The notes beneath the pieces are model-generated. The model made no database searches, was not told where the DNA came from, and saw only the letters and a list, made by a program, of their open reading frames with translations. This document shows, piece after piece, positions 1 through 11,393 of a stretch of DNA of 26,165 nucleotides. The stretch comes from Macrostomum lignano (taxonomy: Eukaryota), in contig NIVC01004044.1 in the NCBI GenBank assembly GCA_002269645.1, positions 1 through 26,165 of the forward strand. The letters run 5' to 3'. The stretch's first letter is position 1, and every line of letters starts with the position of its first letter. The position numbers were made by a program, and so were the translations under genes.

Positions 1-778
1 AAGTGACGCCAAGGTAGATAGATCTGACTCTAAGCCTAAGGTAGATAAACAGGGTGCAAGCCAGGTTTATAATTACGAGTAAGTAAAAACCATAGGCGCA
101 TGCACAGCAAGTTAGAGTAACTTCAAGCGTTTTTTCCGAACGCAAGCTACTCGAGTTTTTTAGTCTGTTCAGTAGTATCGATCGATCGAATATGGTATAT
201 ACATCTACAACGCCATCAATACTAGCTTGAGTTACCCTATTTTCTACATAAGGCTGTTTCTGTCAGTCAGTCAGTCTCGTGTGTCTGCGTGTTTTTATCT
301 TACTCGAGAGAAAAAAACTCGGACCAGCTCCTCTTCATCTTTAAAACACACACTCTCTCTCCTTGTGTGCTCGTCTTGAGAACTAGAGAAATCGATTTTA
401 GACGCGTGACAAAATGTGTAAGCTGCAACTCGACTGGTACTCGGTAGTGGTGAATGTGTGTTCGCGGTTCATTTTCTAGCCAAACCATTTCTTGTTTGCG
501 GAGCTTCTTGTTGTAGTGTGAAAGATTTTTCTCTCTCTGTCTGGGATGAGGCTGATTACAGTCATATTCTACAAATTAAATTAGGTTATTAATAGCGTAA
601 AGAGTAATCAATTTTAGTTTTTTTCTGATGCCAGCAATTTTTTAAGCTAATTTTCTTGTTGGCAATGGTTTCTAAGCTTTTTGTGCTAAAAAATTTCTGA
701 AAAACATTCTTACAAACTTTCGATTCAATTGTGGGAGGTTTCGAGGAATCTGGAAGATCTGGAAAAGATTAGTATTCA

Positions 779-1340
<562 letters not shown>

Positions 1341-1878
1341 TATGTGTCAAAATTCGACAAAGCAGCTATTCACTTGACTTTTCTTGTGCTCATTGAGCTT
1401 CGAGCTATATCCTCGTATTAATTATGGATAAAGCAATGATTACGTAAGAGAGCAAAATTTTACTTCAGGATTAGATTAACATGTTGATTTTAGCTATGGT
1501 ATTATTAAAGATATGGCCGAATCAACGTCCTGCTTCTGAAAGGTTTAAGCACTAGACACGAGCTTCTAGGCCTAGTCAATTTCAAAACTGACTCATCTTT
1601 GCTCATTCCAGCACTATAGCCACTTTGGGGTATCGTGTTTCACCTGGCATTATTGATTCTCTTTTTTCCATTTTGTGTTTGCTATATGATATGCGTGTGT
1701 TTGCTGTCCTTGTTTCCTTTGTCCGTCCTCCTAACCCCTTAGTTTCATTTTAAAATGCATTTTGAAAGCTTTTGTGTCTGAATTTCACTTCTTTGTAGTA
1801 TTTTATTGTGAACTGATTGTGTTTCGTATTGTGTTAGATTACACATATTGGACATATATCTGCAGCTGTGTATTCTCA

Positions 1879-2390
1879 ATTCATTTAAACGCTTAATTTG
1901 GCCATTAATTTCACCCTTCACATTCATTCTATTCATCCCATTGTTTTATTTAATTATCTCATCATTTATCATGCCATTCATCTCACCATTATTCCATTCA
2001 ACTCACCCTTCATTCTATTCATCTCACCCTTCATTCTATTCAACTCACCCTTCATTCTATTCATCTCACCCTTCATTCTATTCATCCACCCTTCATTCTA
2101 TTCATCTCACCCTTCATTCTATTCATCCAACCCTTCATTCTATTCATCCCACCCTTCATTCTATTCGACCCACCCTTCATTCTATTCATCCCACCCTTTA
2201 TTTTATTCATCTCACCCTTCATTCTATTCATCCCACCCTTCATTCTATTCGACCACCCTTCATTCTATCCATCCCACCCTTTATTTTATTCATCTCACCC
2301 TTCATTCTATTCATCCCACCCTTCATTCTATTCATCTCACCCTTCATTCTATTCATCCCACCCTTTATTCTGCCATTAATCTCAACCTTT
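1879..2390 (-). repeat. Minisatellite, about 21 bp unit CACCCTTCATTCTATTCATCT/C (reverse complement of the 3090-4770 family)
   Basis: Roughly two dozen tandem units read directly. The unit reverse complement AGATGAATAGAATGAAGGGTG occurs in the 3129-3370 part of the right-hand array. Confidence 0.95.
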
Positions 2391-4755
2391 AATTTAGTTA
2401 TTCTTATCACCGCTTATTGCGATTTGAGTATTTAGTTGGATAAAAGTATGGTACGAAATTATTACAATAATTGGTGTTAAACCCATCTCGTTCATTTCAG
2501 AATCATTGGAGCAATCAGACGATCGTCATTAGCTAGTCAAGAGCAGATCAACTTTCTCATTATTTTAATACAAATATACATATTTTTGTAGTTGGAATTT
2601 ACATTTTTATTTTTATAAAATTGTATACTTTTTTATTTTTTGTTAGCATTTTTTATAGTTTTTAGAATTCAAGAATACGAGCATTAGGAGTCTAAGGCTT
2701 ATTCCTGTGAATTATTTTCAGGCTATCGTTAAAAAAGCGAAGATTAGTGGCGCCAACTCTCCGCCCTACTAGTAAAAGAAATTCCCAATCAATTATTGTA
2801 GCTTTGACTGCCCACCCACCCAACGATAATGACTATTGACTTCTTTGAGCCATTCAACCTCAAAGAACCTCCTTGCCCTGTCAAACGTGTCAAAAAACCA
2901 TACTATTCTTTATTGCTTCAGTTTTCATTGTGTTTATAATCTCAATTTTCTTTTGGCAAAGCGATTAGTCGCTCAAGGAGATCTACGAAGCTTAGAACAT
3001 GGCGTGGCCTTATGCAGCAGTCTGTCCTAATCAACAAGTTAAAATTAAACTGTTTGTTCAAAATTCTTATGTAATATTATTAACAGAAGGGAAGTGAAGG
3101 GTGCGATGAATGGCAGAATAAGGGTGAGATGAACGGCAGAGTGGAGGGTGAGATGAATGGCAGAGTGGAGGGTGAGATGAATAGAATAAAGGGTGAGATG
3201 AATAGAATGAAGGGTGAGATGAATAGAATAAAGGGTGAGATAAATAGAATGAAGGGTAAGATTAATGGCAGAGTGAAGGGTGAGATGAATGGCAGAGTGA
3301 AGGGTGAGATTAATAGAATGAAGGATAAGGTGAATAGAATAAAGGGTGAGATGAATAAAATGAACGATAAGATTAATGGCTGAATGAAGGGTGAGATGAA
3401 TGGCAGAGTGGAGGGTGAGATAGATAGAATGAAGGGTGAGATGAATGGCAGAGTGGAGGGTAGATAAATAGAATGAAGGGTGAGATGAATGGCAGAGTGG
3501 AGGGTAGATAAATAGAATGAAGGTTGAGATGAATGGCAGAGTGGAGGGTGAGATAGATAGAATGAAGGGTGAGATGAATGGCAGAGTGGAGGGTGAGATA
3601 GATAGAATGAAGGGTGAGATGAATGGCAGAGTGGAGGGTGAGATAGATAGAATGAAGGGTGAGATGAATGGCAGAGTGGAGGGTGAGATAGATAGAATGA
3701 AGGGTGAGATGAATGGCAGAGTGGAGGGTAGATAAATAGAATGAAGGGTGAGATGAATGGCAGAGTGGAGGGTAGATAAATAGAATGAAGGGTGAGATGA
3801 ATGGCAGAGTGGAGGGTAGATAAATAGAATGAAGGGTGAGATGAATGGCAGAGTGGAGGGTAGATGAATAGAATGAAGGGTGAGATGAATGGCAGAGTGG
3901 AGGGTAGATAAATAGAATGAAGGGTGAGATGAATGGCAGAGTGGAGGGTGAGATAGATAGAATGAAGGGTGAGATGAATGGCAGAGTGGAGGGTGAGATA
4001 GATAGAATGAAGGGTGAGATGAATGGCAGAGTGGAGGGTAGATAAATAGAATGAAGGGTGAGATGAATGGCAGAGTGGAGGGTAGATAAATAGAATGAAG
4101 GGTGAGATGAATGGCAGAGTGGAGGGTAGATAAATAGAATGAAGGGTGAGATGAATGGCAGAGTGGAGGGTAGATAAATAGAATGAAGGGTGAGATGAAT
4201 GGCAGAGTGGAGGGTGAGATAGATAGAATGAAGGGTGAGATGAATGGCAGAGTGGAGGGTGAGATAGATAGAATGAAGGGTGAGATGAATGGCAGAGTGG
4301 AGGGTAGATAAATAGAATGAAGGGTGAGATGAATGGCAGAGTGGAGGGTAGATAAATAGAATGAAGGGTGAGATGAATGGCAGAGTGGAGGGTAGATAAA
4401 TAGAATGAAGGGTGAGATGAATGGCAGAGTGGAGGGTAGATAAATAGAATGAAGGGTGAGATGAATGGCAGAGTGGAGGGTAGATAAATAGAATGAAGGG
4501 TGAGATGAATGGCAGAGTGGAGGGTAGATAAATAGAATGAAGGGTGAGATGAATGGCAGAGTGGAGGGTAGATAAATAGAATGAAGGGTGAGATGAATGG
4601 CAGAGTGGAGGGTAGATAAATAGAATGAAGGGTGAGATGAATGGCAGAGTGGAGGGTAGATAAATAGAATGAAGGGTGAGATGAATGGCAGGGTGAAGGG
4701 TGAGATAAATAAAATGAAGGGTGAGATAAATGGCCGAAATAAGGTTGAAATGAAT
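1879..4755. mobile_element. Candidate foldback-type element: two inverted tandem-repeat arms around a ~700 bp non-coding spacer
   Basis: Outer ends (1879-1920 vs 4715-4755) and inner ends (2359-2390 vs 3097-3126) are reverse complements carrying variants restricted to those positions. No TSD or transposase was found. Confidence 0.4.
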
Positions 4756-4770
4756 AGCCAAAGAAGGGCG
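3090..4770 (+). repeat. Purine-rich minisatellite: 20-24 bp monomers organised mostly as a 44/45 bp dimer GAAGGGTGAGATGAATGGCAGAGTGGAGGGT(AGATAA|GAGATAG)ATAGAAT
   Basis: About 30 near-identical dimers between 3385 and 4690, with monomeric, more diverged units at both edges. Confidence 0.97.
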
Positions 4771-5774
4771 AGATGAAAGTTCAGATCTTTGCTTTGTGGT
4801 CGTGAAATTCCGTGAGAGAGAGGGGGGGGGTCAGATGCGTTTATCTCTGACCTATTGACCTATTATCATAGTAAATGAGACTAGCAATCTGCGCCCCCCC
4901 CCCGTTGTTGGGAAAATGATGTCCAAAGCATCTTGCTATACAATTGCTATATAATTGAACCCCCTAACTCCAGACTGTTGTGCTTCGCAGATCTCCTTGG
5001 CAATAATATTACTTTAATCTAAATTCTACCATTGAAACCGCCAACTTGAACTGTGCAATTGTGGCGCCTCTTCAAGAGTCGATATGTTAGCTTAGCTGAG
5101 CTAACTGAATCGTGACTGACTAAGTGGCTCTTGCAGTGTCTTCTAATTTTTCTTTTACTTTGATATTCTCAATAATATCCATTATATCCTCTTCTCTTCC
5201 TTTCAATTTCTTGAAATGGAATATATAGCGGTACTCAATTTGGCTTTTCATATTGATTCGCTTTGTTGATTTAGGCTGAGTGTGGGGACTGGGGTTTGCG
5301 CTCTTGGGTTAGTTAATATTGCCTCTCTATCCAGCCCCCCCCCCCCCTGCATTCCATATTTGATCTGAACTAGCCATATAGAAGTTTGAGAACTTAAGGA
5401 TCATTACTTAGACTTGCGCTGCCCTAGGTATATATCGTTAATTGGAAATTTCGGTTGGTAACCTATACGTTATACCCTCAGAAACCTGTGCCTGTTTACC
5501 TTGGGGTATCCACGACCAAAATACACACAGTCGGAATGGAGAATGAGAAGGGATTAAATATATATTCCTCCTAAATGGTTTTTTTCGTCGTTTTCTCATA
5601 TGGTACTGCTTGCTTAACCTGAGTGTTCCTGTGTGTGTGCCTATATGGTGCGTGTGGCCAAACCGTTATAGTTTAAGCCAGTGATACCCTTGGCAGCAAT
5701 ATAAAAGAATAAGAGAATTACTTGAGCTCATGTACTCGTGATGTTAATGTGCTCTATCTGATCTGTGGCAAACT

Positions 5775-6950
5775 CCTCTATGACTTCTCATTCCCGTCTC
5801 TATGATTTCTCTCCCATCTCTATGACCTCTCAACCACTTCTATGACCTTTCTCCCGGCCCTATGATTTCTCTTCCATCTGTATGACCTCTCAACCACTTC
5901 TATGACCTTTCTCCCGTCTCTATGATCTCTCTCTCTCATCTCTATGACCTCTCAACCACTTCTATGACCTTTCTCCCGTCTCTATGATCTCTCTCTCTCA
6001 TCTCTATGACCTCTCAACCACTTCTTTGACCTTTCTCCCGGCCTATGATTTCTCTTCCATCTGTATGACCTCTCAACCACTTCTATGACCTTTCTCCCGT
6101 CTCTATGATCTCTCTCTCTCATCTCTATGACCTCTTCAACCACTTCTATGACCTTTCTCCCGTCCATGATCTCTCCTCTCATCTCTATGATCAACCACTT
6201 CTTGACCTTATGTCTCTATGATCTCTCTTCCATCTGTATCTCTCAACCACTCTATGACCTTCTCTCCCGTCTCTATGACCTCTCAACCATTCTATGACCT
6301 TTCTCCCGTTCTATGACCTTCTCTCCCGTCCCTATGATTTCTCTCCATCTCTATGACCTCTCAACCACTTCTATGACCTTTCTCCCATCCCTATGATTTC
6401 TCTCTCATCTCTATGACCTCTCAACCACTTCTATGACCTTTCTCCCGTCCCTATGATTTCTCTCCCATCTCTATGACCTCTCAACCACTTCTATGACCTT
6501 TCTCCCGGCCCTATGATTTCTCTCTCATCTCTATGACCTCTCAACCACTTCTATGACCTTTCTCCGTCCCTATGATTTCTCTCCATCTCTATGACCTCTC
6601 ATGACCACTTCTATGACCTTTCTCCCGGCCCTATGATTTCTCTCCCATCTCTATGATATCTCAACCACTTCTATGGCCTTTCTCCCGTCTCTATGATCTC
6701 TCTCTCTCATCTCTATGGCCTCTCACCCACTTCTACAACCTTTATCCCGTCTCCATGATCTCTCTCCCATCGCTATGACCTCTCAACCACTTCTTTGACC
6801 TCTCTCCGTCTCTTTGACCTCTCAACCACTTCTATGACCTTCATCCTGTCTGTATGACATCTATTTCCATTTTCTCTTTGACATCTTTTTTTATATGACC
6901 TCTTTTTGCTTCTCTACGACCTTTTTACTTTCTCTATGGATTCTCACAAT
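5775..6950 (+). repeat. Pyrimidine-rich minisatellite: three diverged 20 bp monomers (CTATGACCTCTCAACCACTT / CTATGACCTTTCTCCCGTCY / CTATGATTTCTCTCCCATCT) forming a 60 bp higher-order unit
   Basis: TCAACCACTT recurs at 6361, 6421, 6481 and 6541 (exact 60 bp period). All monomers start with CTATGA. Edges are degenerate. Confidence 0.95.
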
Positions 6951-8071
6951 TTTATGAGCTGTATTCATTATCTGTTCCCTCGCCGCCATTCTCTCCAGTC
7001 AGTAATTTTTCAGTCCCCGTTTTGCCGTCTCGGTTGTGACCCGTCGAGATTTCATCTCAAATTGCTAAAATTTAACTAACTTGAAGAAAAAAGACAGAAT
7101 TACATTGATTGAAATTCTGCCTCTGTCCCTACAAGATTATTGGTATTGGGAGCTTATTAATAAGATTAGATTGGGGATTTTTTTCGCGAGCTCTGCCTTA
7201 GTCCGGCTTAGCAACTAACTGTCTCTCTGCTTGTTCCACATCAGTTTCTACAGCTCAGTCGTGCTTGGAGATGGCGGGCGCTCTCTGCATTTCGTGATGA
7301 CGAAAACAGGGAGACTGGATGGCGACACAGTGTCTCTTGGCTTTTCCCTCTGTCGCCCGTCTCCCACCCATCTGATGAATAGGAAAAAGTGGGGCATTGT
7401 GGGATGTAAGGCGGGGAGGAGAATGTCGCGCAAAGATTCGCGGGATTAACAATTCCCAATCAATTTTGTCCAGTTTTTGGCTCACTGACGACCCCCCCCC
7501 GCGGCAAATCCTCAGTTATGAGGCCGGTTGTATTTGGTGTCTGGCCTCCCATCCCATCATGTTGCAGTTGTTTTATTCCTTGATTTTCTTTCGTTTTGCT
7601 AATCCAGTCTGGCTTTGCGGCTGCTGTGTGTTCGCTGGGGATTCTGAGCTTATAAAAGAAAGGCAAAAAAATTGTAGAAATAATCTGTCCCCTCGAGGTG
7701 CCCAGATTAAGCACCGGTATGCTTTAGTGACCAAGGAGATCAATCTAGAATCGTACAGTCTGGATTGACAGCGGCCACACATTCGTATGGGGCTTGTGTG
7801 CGCGTGTGCCCGTGTGTGTGTGTAAGCGTGTGTATGAGTGCTGTGCGTCTGTACAGTATTGGTGTGCCTGTATCTAAAATTAGGAATGAAATATTCCTAT
7901 GCTTGTATGAATGAATGAATTAAAAAACTGTAACTTAAAAAGATATTTGTTTTTTATGATGCAGATATGACTGAATCGGGATTGCACTAAATTCTTATTT
8001 CTGGTTTCATGGAAAACAGAAGAGGAAAGACGCTAAAGTTGATTTTCTTAGAAACAAAGGTATCACTGGTG

Positions 8072-8392
8072 CATGGGGTTTGGCCATAGACAAATTCCAA
8101 GACAAGTTCCCCATCCAAACCCATGCACTGGATGGGATTTAGCCATAGACAAATTCCAAGACAAGTTTTCAATCCAAACTCCAGCTCTGGATGGGATTTG
8201 GCCATAGACAAATTCCAAGACAAGTTTTCAATCCAAACCCATGCACTGGATGGGGTTTGGCCATAGACAAATTCCAAGACAAGTTCCCCATCCAAACCCA
8301 TGCACTGGATTGGATTTGGCCATAGACAAATTCCAAGACAAGTTCCCTTTCTAAACCCCAGCGCTTGATAGGGTTCGGCCATAGACAAATTC
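8072..8392 (+). repeat. 59 bp minisatellite, about 5.5 copies, each with an internal inverted repeat
   Basis: GCCATAGAC starts at 8083, 8142, 8201, 8260, 8319 and 8378 (period 59). Confidence 0.96.
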
Positions 8393-8929
8393 TGGTGGAT
8401 TAAAATTGGAAGTCTTGAGCGTAGGCCTTTTGCTACTCTAGTTGTTTATGCCTAGGTCTCCTTGATTTTTCGGATTCTTTTTTCGGCGCGATTTTTTTAT
8501 CTTCACCCGGGATTTATTTGCGTCCTAGCGCCCGTAATCCTCCTCTGACACTCCTGCCTTCCCCCTTCCCGATGTCTCAATCCCGTCATTGTTTGATTCT
8601 TACCGACTGGCGCTTTTCTTCGGAGGTTTTTTTCCGCAACACTTAAAGAAAAATCGCCTGGGGTAGGAACTGTCTCTTTAGAGGGTCGTAAATATTTCCA
8701 GATAATCTGCTCTCAGCCGATTTCAAGTTTCAGCTAGCACCCTTCTCAGCACATATGCGTTGATATATTATTTGAATAAAATTGGGTGCCAGATTGACTG
8801 AATTTGGAGTGGTTTTTAAATAAAAATCAAAGACAAATAGAATGAAAAATAAGACAAGGACTACTGGCAATCGGGCAGATTCTGGATTGGAAACCTGGTT
8901 TTAGATAGGGAAAATTGGGCTTGATAAGT

Positions 8930-9090
8930 GAGGGAATGTGAAGTTTGGACCTTGGCAGATGTGAGGTTTGGGAGATGTTACGTTTGGGGGATGTGAAATT
9001 TGGAGAATGTGGTGTTGGAGGAGTATGGGTGTTGGAGGTGTGGTGTGAAGTCTGGAGGATGTCATGTTGTGGGTGATGTTGTGAAGAATA
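8930..9090 (+). repeat. Highly degenerate G/T-rich tandem repeat (about 16-18 bp, GGAGATGTGANGTTTG-like)
   Basis: Recurrent ATGTGA/ATGTG..TTTGG motifs. It accounts for the His/Thr/Pro-rich antisense ORFs at 8827-9192. Confidence 0.5.
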
Positions 9091-9964
9091 TGATTTTTTT
9101 GTGGACATATGTCGGATGACATCTATTAAAAATTGAAATACATCATTTTGAGATTTTATATATTCGTTCTTCAGATAGATCATTGCGGACAATTAGTAAT
9201 ATTGTAGTTGACCCTGCCTGCAATTCAGTATTTTATTTTTTATTATGGATGGCAGTCCTTGGATTTCTCCGTCACTGGCTCTCTCCTCTCCTCTCCCCTT
9301 CGTCTGCCTAAGCTGTGCCGTTCGTCTCGGTTTTTTAAAGATTCCGCCAAGGGAATTAAAGTATTTTTTATAATATTATTTCTACATATATAATGCATGC
9401 CAGATGGCCTTGGCCCCGGGGGTTTCAGTGCTGAGTAATGAAGTGTTGAGTGTCACATCCGGTCTGTACTCTGATTGCTAGGAGGGAAGTGAGAAGTTTA
9501 AGTAGACTTGAGCTTAGTTGTGGGGGTCTATTTGCATCCATCATATTAAAATGGGAGGAGGTGTTTAAGTCGATCTCGATTCCTCGTAGAAATTTTTCTA
9601 TACAGCGAAAATCTTTTGATAGAAAGGAATTTTTTTTCGGCACCTTTCTGGTCACTCTATCGAGCCGAGCGAGCCACTTTGAACAGTACCCCCCCCCTCT
9701 TCTCCACCACACCCTTCTCCCGCTTCTCGAACTCTCGTGTGTGACTCAACCGGAGGTTTCTAGCTAAGATTAACTTGGGAATTCCACTTGAGCTCGATGA
9801 CTTTCCTGACTTTGCGCGCGTGGTTCACAGAAAAAAACCACCGCCACTTGCCAGATGCTTTTATAAAAAAGTCAGCTTCGTGAAATTTTGAGTAGACTTT
9901 TCGTTAAAAAATTTCATGTCTTGCAGACACGACTCTAGTGTCCAATTAGTTAGATACGGCTCTA

Positions 9965-10470
9965 TCGTGCTTTAGACACGACTGTATGGGGGTTTAAGCA
10001 CACTGAATGAAGGGATTTAGACACAGTTTTATGGGGGGATTTAGACACAACTTTATGGGGGGATTTAGACACGACTGTATGGGGGGTTTAGACACAACTT
10101 TATGGGGGATTTAGACACAAATTTATGGGGGATTTAGACACAACTTTATGGGGGATTTAGACACAACTTTATGGGGGATTTAGACACAACTTTATGGGGG
10201 GTTTAGACACAAATTTATGGGGGATTTAGACACAACTTTATGGGGGATTTAGACACAACTTTATGGGGGATTTAGACACAAATTTATGGGGGATTTAGAC
10301 GCGATTTTATGGGAGGATTTAGACACGATTTTATAGAGAGTTTAGAAACCATTTTTATGGGGGATTTAGACACGATTTTATGGAAGATTTAGAAACGATT
10401 TTATGGGGGATTTGGACACGATTTTTTGGAGGATTTAGACACGGTTTCGTGGGGGATTTAGACGCGACTA
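9965..10470 (+). repeat. 23-24 bp minisatellite TTAGACACAACTTTATGGGGGAT
   Basis: About 21 tandem units, homogeneous in the centre (10090-10290) and degenerate at both ends. Traces extend left to about 9925. Confidence 0.96.
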
Positions 10471-11227
10471 TGGCCTATCGATACGTATTAGAGCATAAAA
10501 TTCTCAGTTAATCTACTTTGAACCTTGGCCTTGACCAAATCTAAATAGAAGTTGTCCTCTCCCTGGTCTCTGCTTAAATGGTTTATTGCGGTAACTACTG
10601 GTGATTTCAATCCTATGTCTCTAGTCTACTCGTGTTTAGCTCATTGCGTGTCCAGAGCACTGTGCGTGAATCGAACCGTGAATATGTTCCTTCGTCAGTT
10701 TTTCTTTCATTAAAGCTGCCCACTGCCCAACAAGAATAAATTCGCGAATGTGAAAGGTAATTATTATCTTGATTTTAATATTATTCCTTGTGTGTGTGTC
10801 TGACTGTGTGCTACCTATTAATTTGACACCTTACGAGTAGAATGGTTTACTTGAATCCAATATAGTCAATTGGCCCTTAATTAGAAAATAGTTTTGTCCA
10901 TTTCGCTGACCTGCCAGCACAATTGTGTAGGAAATAAAGCGTAAACCTAAGGTTATAAAATGAATCAGAAATAGTACTACATGCATTTTATAGTCACAAA
11001 ATTTGATACTTATTAATGCAAAACACTGTATATATACGAGCTAGAATTTATTTTTGTTGAAATAGTTAAGAATCATACTCGACAAGCATGTAGCTTATTT
11101 ATGAATAGTGTGTGCAATCGACTACGATTAACTAGAGCTTAGTTGTAGTTTAATATGCATAATCGTATAATCAAAAATACTAATGAAAACAATTCCAATG
11201 AAAGAACAATAAGCTTTGAACTAAAAC

Positions 11228-11233
11228 TTTATT
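11228..11233 (-). other. Candidate polyadenylation signal (AATAAA) of the protocadherin gene
   Basis: AATAAA hexamer on the minus strand about 160 bp past the stop codon, in AT-rich sequence. A second candidate lies at 11047-11052. Confidence 0.4.
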
Positions 11234-11393
11234 AATTAGATGGATAAATTAGAAAATTGAACGGTCTCATTGGAATCGTTATATAAATAAAAATGGGCGC
11301 CATGTTGAATGAAGTTTTGTCATAGAAATTTCATTAGAACATCCGATTCCTTTTTTACCCCCGAAACATGATCTAGCAGTCAAATTTGTGCTC

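Noticed and set aside
2735-2775. Weak hairpin followed by CTAGT in the foldback spacer (Helitron 3' end?)
   Set aside because: The stem is short and imperfect, the CTAG overlaps it, and no matching 5' end was identified.
1848-4761. ORFs up to 462 aa (HPSFYSS, LTLHSI, MNGRVEGE repeats)
   Set aside because: They are stop-free readings of the 21/44/45 bp minisatellite with frameshifts at each unit and no domain content.
8072-8392. CRISPR-like array of palindromic repeats
   Set aside because: The units are contiguous tandem copies with no unique spacers, there are no cas genes, and the context is eukaryotic with spliceosomal introns.
8827-9767. ORFs 8827-9192 (-), 9425-9712 (-) and 9450-9767 (+)
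   Set aside because: No recognisable domain. The first is explained by a degenerate repeat, and the other two overlap on opposite strands with no convincing splice or start context.
10660-10680. GGTTCGATTC (tRNA T-loop/B-box-like) on the minus strand
   Set aside because: The flanking bases do not form a T-stem, and no A-box, acceptor stem or cloverleaf can be built.
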